DNA of 64,000 nucleotides, from assembly GCA_048882485.1 (NCBI GenBank), contig JBHLRP010000003.1, positions 104,260 through 168,259 on the forward strand. The letters are read 5' to 3'. The position numbers were made by a program, and so were the translations under genes. The notes below the pieces were generated by a model, which was not told where the DNA came from, made no database searches, and saw nothing but the letters and a program-made list of their open reading frames with translations. This DNA is from Candidatus Thorarchaeota archaeon (GTDB lineage Archaea > Asgardarchaeota > Thorarchaeia > Thorarchaeales > Thorarchaeaceae). Shown piece by piece: positions 9,845 through 19,008 of this stretch; positions within the stretch are counted from its first letter, which is position 1; every line of letters starts with the position of its first letter.

Positions 9845-10346
9845 AAAATGGTTGATGAAACAACAATGGCGTCTAACTCAAATTAGAGGAATTTGGAGCT
9901 TGTTTTATGGGACCTTCATGCTGTCGATTGCGTTCTATGGGTTTGTCCCTATATTAAGCGAAATGGGTCCAATAGCTCCGTTTATCTTCTCTGCCACTCT
10001 CTTTCTAATATTCTTGGTCGGGGGCTATATCTACGACAGAGTGTTGATTATGTGGGCACCATCTCAAGAGGTGTGGATGGAACGCAACCCTTACCAGTAT
10101 GTTCCTCAGCCAAGAGACCGCATTTTTTGGTTTCCATTCTATTCAATACTACTCGACGTTTCAGAAGAGATGGCAATTAGCTATGGTTTGGACACTTCAG
10201 TCATTGATGAGGTTAGAGAATACTATGCAGAACTTGAACAATATACTGCAGAACGCAAGGAGGACATAGATGCTGCAAGTAAGCTAAGAGAAAGTTTTCG
10301 GGCTAAGCATTCATTCAAGGATATCTTTAACGATGACACACCATGA
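9834..10346 (+). CDS. Hypothetical membrane protein with one copy of the same unit
   Basis: KKWLMKQQWR and GYIYDRVLIMW...ERNPY; overlaps the upstream stop. Confidence 0.8.
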   Translation: MGVKKWLMKQQWRLTQIRGIWSLFYGTFMLSIAFYGFVPILSEMGPIAPFIFSATLFLIFLVGGYIYDRVLIMWAPSQEVWMERNPYQYVPQPRDRIFWFPFYSILLDVSEEMAISYGLDTSVIDEVREYYAELEQYTAERKEDIDAASKLRESFRAKHSFKDIFNDDTP

Positions 10347-10399
10347 ACCTAGGTGTCCTTCCACAAAGAAAGCTATGCAAACCAAGGATATTGAGAATA

Positions 10400-11140
10400 A
10401 TGGAAGAAGTAGTTATAGTCGCTGGGGGATTGGGAATCCGACTTGAGGAAATGCAGAAAGAAATTCCAAAGACATTACTCAGAGTAGGTGGCAAGACAAT
10501 CTTAGACTGCATCATAGCAACCATTGAAGATGCGACTAAAGGGAAATATCGACTTTTTATCGCAGCTGGCTATTACTATGATGACCTTAAGAGCTATATT
10601 GAGGAAAGAGAATCGAAGTATTCAAGAGTAGATGTAGTGGAGGCCAGGAATTGGATGGAAGGTAATGCATCTACGCTTCTTGCAGTTGAGGATAGGATAG
10701 AAAATGACGACTTCATCCTTCAGATGTCTGACCATCTCTTCACACCAGAAACGTACAAAGGATGCATCAAGAATACGTCAATACCTCTTCCTTTTGTTTG
10801 TGGGCAACCTCGAACAGATGGGATACCAGACTATCTCGATCTTGATGATGCAACAAAGGTTTTGTCGGATGATTCTTTCAAGATTATAGAGATAGGAAAA
10901 GATATTGAAGAATGGAATATGATTGACATGGGCGTATTTAGACTCACTAAAGATGCATTTTCTGTAATTGCATCCCTACCTAACAATCAAAAATCTCTTA
11001 GTCAGTATGTCATGAAATGGAGATCAAAGCAAGATTTCTATGTAAACCCGCAGCCGCAGGCTATATGGAAGGATATAGACACACCAATGGATCTTCAATG
11101 GGCAATAAAGATGGATTTACAAGGCATATGGAAGTCATAA
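10400..11140 (+). CDS. Nucleotidyltransferase (polyol/choline/inositol-phosphate cytidylyltransferase-like)
   Basis: VIVAGGLGIRL..PKTLL, MSDHLF, DDATKV, IDMGVF and WKDIDTP motifs. I prefer the ATG at 10400 to 10343. Confidence 0.8.
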   Translation: MEEVVIVAGGLGIRLEEMQKEIPKTLLRVGGKTILDCIIATIEDATKGKYRLFIAAGYYYDDLKSYIEERESKYSRVDVVEARNWMEGNASTLLAVEDRIENDDFILQMSDHLFTPETYKGCIKNTSIPLPFVCGQPRTDGIPDYLDLDDATKVLSDDSFKIIEIGKDIEEWNMIDMGVFRLTKDAFSVIASLPNNQKSLSQYVMKWRSKQDFYVNPQPQAIWKDIDTPMDLQWAIKMDLQGIWKS

Positions 11141-11260
11141 CGAGGAACAGAATGATGTTAATTCCTATCAGGCGAGATTATTGCAAGCTTGTAGACTGCC
11201 AATATACCATCATTCTCAATAGATGAATATGTTTCGATAATTCATTGGGGAACAGCAAAA

Positions 11261-12421
11261 ATGGTATTTAGGACAAACTTGGCAAGATTATTCAAGATTA
11301 TCACGCAAGGCTTGGACTATATTTGGCCAAAGGATCCCAGAATTCTCATCTTTGGTTCAAGCATGGGATTATTTCCAAGTGGTAATGCAAAGGCACTTTT
11401 CAATTATATCACCGGAAACCCAGATTCTCCATTTCATTGTCACTTTTTCCTTCGCGATTGTGGACCAGATTCTAGATACCGAAGATACACTCCCTTTAAT
11501 CTAAAAACCTATCTTCTATTTCTAAAGGCAAAAACAGTACTCATAACGCATGGTCTCTATGACATCGGACGACTAAATGTCTGTTCTAAGAAAAAGAATA
11601 TCATCAAGTTGTGGCATGGTCGACCGGGCTTGAAAGGCGATGGATACTCTAGCAAGAGCTCGACTCGTGAGCAACTTGCAGAGTTAGAAAGAGAAGATAG
11701 AAAGACCACTGCATTTCTAGTATGTTCTCGAATGGAATCATTCATGCGGGCTTATTCAAACGTATTACATCCCAGACAGATTCTGCCGCTTGGATATCCG
11801 AAAAATGATATACTGCTGAAAGATGCCCCGCCCCCGACAACACTACGGGATATATTTCCAACTCTCCCAGACTTTGAACAAGCTCTGCTATATGCTCCGA
11901 CATGGCGAGATTATGCTCAAACGAAGTTTTTTCCCTTCGATGATTTTGATGCTGAAGCTCTTGAGAGCTGGTTAGAGAAGCGAAATGCAATTCTTCTTCT
12001 ACGAGCTCATATTAGTGATTCGATACCTGTCAGTGAATCCAAGAGAATAAGATCTCTAAGCTTCGAGGATTGCAACGAAATCACTGATATATTAAAGGAA
12101 ATAAATGTGATAATAACAGACTATTCATCAATAACAGCTGATTTCCTTCTTCTGGATAGACCAATAATCTACATTCCATACGACAGAAACCAATTTGAGT
12201 CACGGATTGGGTTCTGCTATGGTAACTTTGATTTCTGGACACCCGGTGAGAAGGTATATTCATTTGCAGATTTTATTCAGGCTGTTAATGTAGCATTAGA
12301 AGGTGATGATGGCTATTCTGAGCAGAGAAAGCTGGTAAATCAATTTGTCAATGAGTTTCAATCACATAACTCAACTGAGAGGGTCTATACGTACCTTAAG
12401 AGGAAACTTGGATATAGCTAG
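11261..12421 (+). CDS. CDP-glycerol:glycerophosphate transferase (TagB/TagF family)
   Basis: LWHG, GYPKND, LYAPTWRD, ITDYSSI and RPIIY motifs. Confidence 0.9.
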   Translation: MVFRTNLARLFKIITQGLDYIWPKDPRILIFGSSMGLFPSGNAKALFNYITGNPDSPFHCHFFLRDCGPDSRYRRYTPFNLKTYLLFLKAKTVLITHGLYDIGRLNVCSKKKNIIKLWHGRPGLKGDGYSSKSSTREQLAELEREDRKTTAFLVCSRMESFMRAYSNVLHPRQILPLGYPKNDILLKDAPPPTTLRDIFPTLPDFEQALLYAPTWRDYAQTKFFPFDDFDAEALESWLEKRNAILLLRAHISDSIPVSESKRIRSLSFEDCNEITDILKEINVIITDYSSITADFLLLDRPIIYIPYDRNQFESRIGFCYGNFDFWTPGEKVYSFADFIQAVNVALEGDDGYSEQRKLVNQFVNEFQSHNSTERVYTYLKRKLGYS

Positions 12422-12432
12422 GAGCTGACTTC

Positions 12433-13371
12433 ATGGGTCATGATCTAAAGAAATACCCATTCCACCTTTATTGCGAATTCTGCAATAAGGAATGTACCTC
12501 TCCTGGTTACTCTGATGCAGAATATGTGCATGTCACAAATGTTTGGAATTGTCGAGAGAGTATCGAGCATGCATTCAAAAAACTAGCCAAGCAGACAAAG
12601 CTTCCAAGAGTATGGCTATGGATTGATGATGGTTCCACTGATGGTACTTCTGACGAAATCCTCCGTGTCGCCAAAGAACACCCTCAATTCGAGGTATGGC
12701 TTGAAAGAATGCCCCCTAAGATAGAGGGTAACATCAATACCATCGGTCGAGCATACACCGAAATAATGCCTAGAGTTATTGATAAATTGGACGCGCTGGA
12801 TATCAAGTATTTTACAATCCAGGATGTGGACACAGAGCCGTGTCCGAATTATTTCTCGCGAGTAATATGGCTCATGGATAATGATTCGACTCTTGGGGCA
12901 TGTTCTGGAACTGCGATCGGTCAGGAAGAGGCTAGAGAATCAGGCATGCCCATGGGTGGTCTAAAGGTTGTACGTTGGAGCATTATTAGGGAGATAAAGG
13001 AATACTGGGATCTTTCACCAGACACATTTCTCAATATTCGCACTTTGAAAAAGGGGTACAAACTAAAAATCTGGAGAATTCCTGTTAGAGAAGATAAACC
13101 TGCTTTTGGCACGACAGAGAAGGGAATGTTCTATCAAGGGCAATTGAACTTCTTTATAGGCAGACCATTTCTGGGAGTGCTTATCAGGGCTCTCCGCAGA
13201 GTTGTCCTACGTCGATATGGAACTGCTATGTTACGTGGATATTTCTTCGAGCGAGCAAGAGGAACTTGGCGATGTGATGACCCCGACGTTACTAGCTTCT
13301 TTGGCTATGGAAAACCCTGGCCTTGGGTAATCTTTAACTTGATCAAGACAAGAGGCCGATATTCTGACTAA
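12433..13371 (+). CDS. Glycosyltransferase family 2
   Basis: IDDGSTDGT and DVD (DxD) motifs. Confidence 0.8.
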   Translation: MGHDLKKYPFHLYCEFCNKECTSPGYSDAEYVHVTNVWNCRESIEHAFKKLAKQTKLPRVWLWIDDGSTDGTSDEILRVAKEHPQFEVWLERMPPKIEGNINTIGRAYTEIMPRVIDKLDALDIKYFTIQDVDTEPCPNYFSRVIWLMDNDSTLGACSGTAIGQEEARESGMPMGGLKVVRWSIIREIKEYWDLSPDTFLNIRTLKKGYKLKIWRIPVREDKPAFGTTEKGMFYQGQLNFFIGRPFLGVLIRALRRVVLRRYGTAMLRGYFFERARGTWRCDDPDVTSFFGYGKPWPWVIFNLIKTRGRYSD

Positions 13372-13532
13372 TTCTAACAACTCCAGCGCTTGCACTCTGT
13401 GATTGAATTTCCTTTGATGAAAGGTATCCACTCATCCCACTCAGTTGCTGCTGTTCCCATATGAAGAGAAAAGACATTGCCTTAGGCATTTCTGGAAAGG
13501 TTTCAACTAGAGCAGAGTTCTCTGTCACATTA

Positions 13533-15101
13533 TCAAATGAGTCCTGCCTTTTGGGCGAACTTCCTGTATCCTTTCATGAGTAGCTTCACGATATTACGTC
13601 GTAGGTTGAACCTAATCCATTCCTCATCAGTTGGTTCTTTAAAGAACCTCCCGAAATTGGCAGCATATTCATCTTCTGATTGGTATGTGATTAGCTGCTC
13701 TACTGCACCAGGTGAGAATGATATCTCAACATCAGGATTCTCTCCTCTTACAGGATATACCTGTATCTCTGAATTCCCAGTGACCTCAACATGAAACCGA
13801 TTTCCTTCTATCTCGTAGTCAATAACCGCTCCTGCTTTTAAGCCATCAAAGATCTTTGGATGGTTTGAAAGATAGGACATGAATTGGCTTTTGAGCGGAT
13901 GGTCTTCCGTAGATAGCAGGCGATCACCTGTTTCAGCATTTAGCAGAAATGTAGTGAGCTCAAGAATCTGCAGTTTACTGTCAATCGATCTTGCACCATC
14001 TCTAAGGCCTCTGAAACAAAAGGGACATGCTGTAATGAGGATAACAGAATTGGTGTCCTCGGCCTCTCTTACGCGGTCAGCAGCAATTCTTTCAGCCAAC
14101 TCTCCATGGGAGCTCTTCACTCCGCCACCCGCCCCGCAGCAATGTGCGTATCTTCTGTTCGTGACCATCTCAACAAGCTCTACATTATCGACCGATTCAA
14201 TGACTCGACGAGGAGCTTCATATACCTCTGAATGCCGACCCAGATGACAAGGGTCGTGATAGGTCACTCGGAGCTTGTCTGCAAATCCAAAGGATACTTT
14301 TCCTTCTCTCACTAGCTGGTCTAGGAATTCTGTGATGTGAAGTACTTGAAAATCGTAGTCATGACCTCCTTGAGGAATATCAATCTTCCAAGTCCGGAAG
14401 CAACCTGCACAAGCAGTTACAACCTCCTTTGCACCAGTGTTCTTTACGGCTTCTATATTGTGCCTAGTTAGATCTTCAAATGCATCCATTCTCCCCAGTC
14501 TCAGAAGGACTGAGCCACAGCAGCGTTCATCTTGAAGTATTGTATAATCAATGTTCATCTTGTCAAGCAGCTGCACAGTTGATACTGCAATCTCCTTCTC
14601 ACGTACCGAGCTCGTACAACCTACAAAGAAGACTACCTCTGCGGTCTCCTGGAACTGGCGCTCTCCAAAAACCAGATGGCGCATTTCATGGTCCTCTTTG
14701 TATGGATTGTAATGGCTCATAATCGAGTTTTCAATATCGATGTGCTTCTCGAATCCGTACCCTGCTTCAACAAGGTCATTTCGTAATGCTTCACTCATCT
14801 CAGGGAGTCTTATCCCGTTTGCAGTCGCTGTGCAGGTTTCCTGGCAGTTTCTGCAAGTTGTGCACGAGTACGCCCAGCTTACTAAATCCTCATCCACCTC
14901 AAGCTTCCCAGCTAAAAGGTCATTCATAATCATAATTCGGCCTCTTGAGGTGTAGGCTTCAAATCCAAGGACATTCTTTACCGCACAAGGATGAAACACA
15001 TCTCGACCTGACGCAATGGTCTTGTCAGCAAGAGAACAATCGCCACATCTTGCACACAAGAATAGGTCCTCTGCGTATTTCTCCAGATTCCTGTACTCCA
15101 T
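13533..15101 (-). CDS. Fe-S oxidoreductase (GlpC/GlcF/HdrD-like; 2x[4Fe-4S] plus two CCG domains) with a C-terminal SCP2-like extension
   Basis: CARCGDC, CTTCRNCQETC, ERCCG, YHDPCHLGR, CCGAGGG and TACPFC motifs, plus about 130 extra C-terminal residues. Confidence 0.88.
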   Translation of the reverse strand: MEYRNLEKYAEDLFLCARCGDCSLADKTIASGRDVFHPCAVKNVLGFEAYTSRGRIMIMNDLLAGKLEVDEDLVSWAYSCTTCRNCQETCTATANGIRLPEMSEALRNDLVEAGYGFEKHIDIENSIMSHYNPYKEDHEMRHLVFGERQFQETAEVVFFVGCTSSVREKEIAVSTVQLLDKMNIDYTILQDERCCGSVLLRLGRMDAFEDLTRHNIEAVKNTGAKEVVTACAGCFRTWKIDIPQGGHDYDFQVLHITEFLDQLVREGKVSFGFADKLRVTYHDPCHLGRHSEVYEAPRRVIESVDNVELVEMVTNRRYAHCCGAGGGVKSSHGELAERIAADRVREAEDTNSVILITACPFCFRGLRDGARSIDSKLQILELTTFLLNAETGDRLLSTEDHPLKSQFMSYLSNHPKIFDGLKAGAVIDYEIEGNRFHVEVTGNSEIQVYPVRGENPDVEISFSPGAVEQLITYQSEDEYAANFGRFFKEPTDEEWIRFNLRRNIVKLLMKGYRKFAQKAGLI

Positions 15102-16544
15102 CTATTGGTTCCCTCCTGTGAACACAGCGGGAGCCAGGATATTTTCTGGGTCTAGGGCCTTCTTTATCTTCCAGTAAGTTTCAAGGAATGTCTTGTCGGT
15201 CCTCTTGTGAGCTCTGCTCTCCCATAGAATGCCCTGCCAGTAAGGGCAGCCTCCGGTTTCAATGATTGTATCAAGCATCTCATTCCATATCTTGGTCGCT
15301 AACTCCATCTTTTCCCTATTTGGTGGGAAGAGCGTAATCCATCCAGTGGCATATGCTCTATCAGCGCCCAGGCAGCTAGCAATCCATTTGATTCCGTTCT
15401 TCAGCATCTCATGTTTGTCAAATATGGCCCAGAGCTTCTTCATGAGGTCTGGAATTGTGGTTATCGGCCTTAGATGACAAGTATTCAACCAAAATCCGTT
15501 ATTGTAGAGCGGTTGAACAAGATTGAATAGCTCAGTCCAGTGCATTTGTGATGCAAAGTTCCCGAGGTCTTTCCCTCCGTTCTCGAAAGCTATCTCTCTC
15601 ACAATCTCCATCTTACGCTGAGCTAGCTGTTCGTCTGTCTCTTGAACTATCGATGCAAACATAGCATGAATCTCGGGGTGACTGTCTAAGAATCCAGGAA
15701 AGAACGTGTCAGTAGACTGTCTATCCGCTAGGAGATTGAGTTCCTCTGTTAAGCCTCGTTTCTGAACTTCTAGGAAGGCGGCTGTCGCCTCTTCGAGCGT
15801 CTTGAATCCAAAGTCTCCATATGTAATGTGCTCTGCTTTGGGGTAAATCTTGAGGGTGACCTTCGTCTTGATTCCGAGGGTGCCATGATCACCAAGGAAT
15901 ATTCCAGTCAAGTCATTGTATGTTGAATACCTTCCGAAGAGCTCCGCTCCTTCATTCCAGCCCGTTCCGGTCTTGATAACATCACCACTTGCTAGCACGA
16001 CCTCCAGAGAAACCACTCCTTCAGTTGAAGGGCCATACTTCGATGCAGCGTAACCAATGCTGTTTATACTCGTAGACCCGCCTACAGTTCCCACATTTCC
16101 TCCGTAGGGACCTCGGAATCCAAGTTTGTAACCCTTTTCATCAAGACGATGTATCAGTTCTGCCCATCTCTGCCCTGCCTCAACTGTGACCGTCATGACA
16201 TTTTCGTTAATCTCTACTATCTTGTCCATCTTAACCATATCAAGCATAACTGCTCCAGGAACCCTCGGAAGGCAAGCACCGCATATCCCGTTCCTCCCGC
16301 CTGCAGGTACGAGCGGTGTGTTGGAATCTCTACATAGACTCACGATGGCCTGTATTTCTTCAAGGCTCTCAGGCATGACCACAATACCCGGTCTTTCTGC
16401 TGTGATATGGCATGCGTCCTGACTATAGGATGAGATGATAATCTGATTGTCATTGACTCTGGCTTCACCAACTATGTCCTTGATTTCATTATATAGTGGA
16501 TGATTACCGGCAGGCTCTATAATTGTCAAAGAAGGTTCCCTCAA
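15102..16544 (-). CDS. FAD-binding oxidoreductase (GlcD/D-lactate dehydrogenase/alkyl-DHAP synthase family)
   Basis: VVMPES, PAGGRNG, TVGGS, GTLGIKTKVTLK and KKALDPENIL motifs; abuts the Fe-S partner gene. Confidence 0.88.
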   Translation of the reverse strand: MREPSLTIIEPAGNHPLYNEIKDIVGEARVNDNQIIISSYSQDACHITAERPGIVVMPESLEEIQAIVSLCRDSNTPLVPAGGRNGICGACLPRVPGAVMLDMVKMDKIVEINENVMTVTVEAGQRWAELIHRLDEKGYKLGFRGPYGGNVGTVGGSTSINSIGYAASKYGPSTEGVVSLEVVLASGDVIKTGTGWNEGAELFGRYSTYNDLTGIFLGDHGTLGIKTKVTLKIYPKAEHITYGDFGFKTLEEATAAFLEVQKRGLTEELNLLADRQSTDTFFPGFLDSHPEIHAMFASIVQETDEQLAQRKMEIVREIAFENGGKDLGNFASQMHWTELFNLVQPLYNNGFWLNTCHLRPITTIPDLMKKLWAIFDKHEMLKNGIKWIASCLGADRAYATGWITLFPPNREKMELATKIWNEMLDTIIETGGCPYWQGILWESRAHKRTDKTFLETYWKIKKALDPENILAPAVFTGGNQ

Positions 16545-16640
16545 CGCAATCTGAAAGTAATCCGCTATAAGTAGTCAACGCCAGCATTAGGTTGGTGAGT
16601 CATCGAGAACTCTTTATCTAGCAGTGCAAGAAAGGCAGAT

Positions 16641-17138
16641 GTGTGTGAGATAGTGATGAAGAGATTAGCTGTCGTCTTGGGCCGTGGTGGCCACACAGCA
16701 CAGACATTCGCCCTCGTGGATCTTCTAGGCACACGATTCAGCTATATCTACCTGATTGGCATTCTCGATCGTCTAACTCCAAAGAAGATCAGGATTGAAG
16801 GGAGGGTTCTACCTGTCTTTGCACCGAGATTGCTTCCTCAGGATTCTCGGACCATGTCAGTGATACGTACAGCATTTACGTTGCTTTTATCAATCATCTA
16901 TTTCGTCTTGTATAGGCCTGTGGCCGTAGTGAGTTGTGGAACCGGACTCACAGTTCCCATTTTCTATGCTGCCCGCCTTCTAGGTGTCAGGACAGTCTTT
17001 ATTGAGAGCATGTCTAGAGTGGAGTCGCTTTCCATAACTGGAAGATTGCTACTAGGAAAAACAGACCTTTTTCTGGTTCAATGGCCTAGCCTTGCTGAAA
17101 CCGTCCCGAATGCAATTTATGGAGGGCAGCTGCTTTGA
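16641..17138 (+). CDS. Alg14/PssD-like UDP-GlcNAc transferase subunit
   Basis: GRGGHTAQ, SCGTG, VFIESMSRV..LSITGR and VQWP motifs. Confidence 0.88.
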   Translation: MCEIVMKRLAVVLGRGGHTAQTFALVDLLGTRFSYIYLIGILDRLTPKKIRIEGRVLPVFAPRLLPQDSRTMSVIRTAFTLLLSIIYFVLYRPVAVVSCGTGLTVPIFYAARLLGVRTVFIESMSRVESLSITGRLLLGKTDLFLVQWPSLAETVPNAIYGGQLL

Positions 17139-17593
17139 TTTTCCTGACAGTTGGAACAGCAATGTTTGATCCCCTCGTCAAGGTGATAGATCGACTCGTC
17201 GGAGAGGATATCATCAAAGAGCCTGTTGTAGCTCAGATTGGTCGCGGAGAATATGAGCCAAAGAACATGAGATATTTCCGATTCATCAAATCCCTCAACA
17301 AGGCATATGATGCTGCGGACATTATTATTAGCACAGGCGGCGCAGGAACAACTATTGAATGCGTCAGCAGAGGGAAGAAACTGGTTGTTGTTGAGAATAC
17401 TACTCTGATGGAGGGCCATCAAGCGCAATTAATTGGAGAGATGGCAAAACGAGGACACCTAATCTGGTGTCGCGATCCTGATTCTTTGGAGGATTGCATC
17501 GAGCAGGCACGAAATAAAACCTTCACACCATTCATTTCAGATGAACCCAGGGCTCATGAATTCATCTTGAAGCTCATTGGCGAATCCAAATGA
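17135..17593 (+). CDS. Alg13/PssE-like glycosyltransferase catalytic subunit
   Basis: IFLTVGTAMFD, QIG, STGGAGT and HQAQL motifs; overlaps the Alg14-like stop. Confidence 0.88.
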   Translation: MIFLTVGTAMFDPLVKVIDRLVGEDIIKEPVVAQIGRGEYEPKNMRYFRFIKSLNKAYDAADIIISTGGAGTTIECVSRGKKLVVVENTTLMEGHQAQLIGEMAKRGHLIWCRDPDSLEDCIEQARNKTFTPFISDEPRAHEFILKLIGESK

Positions 17594-17822
17594 TATCTCG
17601 TCGTTTGGCGCCAAATGGACAGCGGCTATTCCAGGCTGATTGTTGGGAAGAGTCGGATTTCATACCAGGGTTGGTATGGACGTATTGCACCAGCTACATG
17701 CTGCTATTGTCTGGATTTGATGTTCTCTTTATATTGAAAACCATACCCTTATTTCCATCGGAAACGAAGGTCAGTTGATACTGATTCCTCAGACAACACG
17801 AAAAACACCGAGATGAGACATC

Positions 17823-18581
17823 TTGAGCACGACAACAAAGAAGAAAAAGAAGAAGCCGGAACTACTGAGGCCCATTGGCGTGGGACTCTCAGTGAAGCTC
17901 TACAAATATGAAGGGACCAAGAGTAATGCCGCTCAGATCGCGACCGCGTTGAAGAAGGTCAAGTACGCACCAGAGAGCAAGAGCCATGCCGGAGCAGGAT
18001 TTGCCAAAGTGAAGGCTACCGGGAAGACCGTTGAGGGCGAGATTATTGCGGGCTTCAAGGTGCCTGTTCTGACTTACGGTACGGGCGGCAGATTGGAGCC
18101 AGTGCATTACATCAGTGTCAGCAAAGCGCAAGTGCTTGTAAAGACTGGAAAGGGCACTGTTGAAGTAAGAGGTTCAGCGCGCATCGCAAAGAAGTTCCAA
18201 ATGCTAATGGAGGAACATACAGGTGCCAAACTCACGCCCCTGAATCTCACTTCCGAAGCAGTGAAGGAGGTATATGGCGCTGCCACTGATATCGCATCTG
18301 TCATGCTATCCGGTGTCGAGAGAGGCAATCTCACACAAGCAGAGTTCCGCGGAATCTCGATAAAGAATGAAGCTGAGATAGGTCTCTATACGCGCAAATA
18401 TAGAGGAGAAATCTCCCGCTTCCGCGGCACGTTTCCATATCCTAGCGGCGCGCAGCATACAACAACCGTCAATGCTGACCTTGGTTCATTGATGATCTAT
18501 CGTAGCGGCGAAGGCATCGCAGAAAAGGACCTGAACTGGATTGTAGGATTGATGGAGGACGCCGCTCTAAACTACGGCTAA
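17823..18581 (+). CDS. Hypothetical basic protein with an N-terminal poly-Lys; possibly an RdgC/NdpA-like fold
   Basis: 252-aa ORF beginning MSTTTKKKKKKP. The fold guess comes from the sequence pattern only. Confidence 0.7.
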   Translation: MSTTTKKKKKKPELLRPIGVGLSVKLYKYEGTKSNAAQIATALKKVKYAPESKSHAGAGFAKVKATGKTVEGEIIAGFKVPVLTYGTGGRLEPVHYISVSKAQVLVKTGKGTVEVRGSARIAKKFQMLMEEHTGAKLTPLNLTSEAVKEVYGAATDIASVMLSGVERGNLTQAEFRGISIKNEAEIGLYTRKYRGEISRFRGTFPYPSGAQHTTTVNADLGSLMIYRSGEGIAEKDLNWIVGLMEDAALNYG

Positions 18582-18641
18582 TCCGGTTGGGCTTGCAAGG
18601 CCCTCCTAATCGTTACTTTCCCCCTCGGGAGCTAGCTCTAG

Positions 18642-18938
18642 CTACAACCATTCATCTGTATTTCTCTTAGCACCAATGATAGTCCGCGTGTTGTCAAGAT
18701 AGAATCGTGTCTTGTCTCGGAACTTGGGCCAGAATTCAAAGAAACGTTCGGGCTTCTCGACTTCTATGAGAAGGAATCCATTCCAATCGCTTCCCCATGC
18801 ATGTCGATAATCTCCCAAGATTCTGATATCGCTAGGCCAGTCATCCTTTGAAAAGACCGTCCAGAATTTCTTAGCCTTCTTTGCTTTTTCTTCATCCATG
18901 AGTTGGAATCGGTAGAACACAATGAACGCATATGTCAT
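18642..18938 (-). CDS. Small hypothetical protein (dimeric alpha/beta barrel, GYD-like)
   Basis: 98-aa ORF; the GxxWNGFLLIEV pattern resembles GYD/Dabb proteins. Confidence 0.6.
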   Translation of the reverse strand: MTYAFIVFYRFQLMDEEKAKKAKKFWTVFSKDDWPSDIRILGDYRHAWGSDWNGFLLIEVEKPERFFEFWPKFRDKTRFYLDNTRTIIGAKRNTDEWL

Positions 18939-19008
18939 TTCAGTCCCCGAAAATCACATGCGTTCGGTGAATTAAAAAGATTGAGCACCGGCAAGAATTC
19001 GGTGAGTC

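Noticed and set aside
13343-13528. 61-aa ORF downstream of the Fe-S oxidoreductase
   Set aside because: It overlaps the convergent GT2 gene and has no recognisable motif, so it may be spurious or a remnant.
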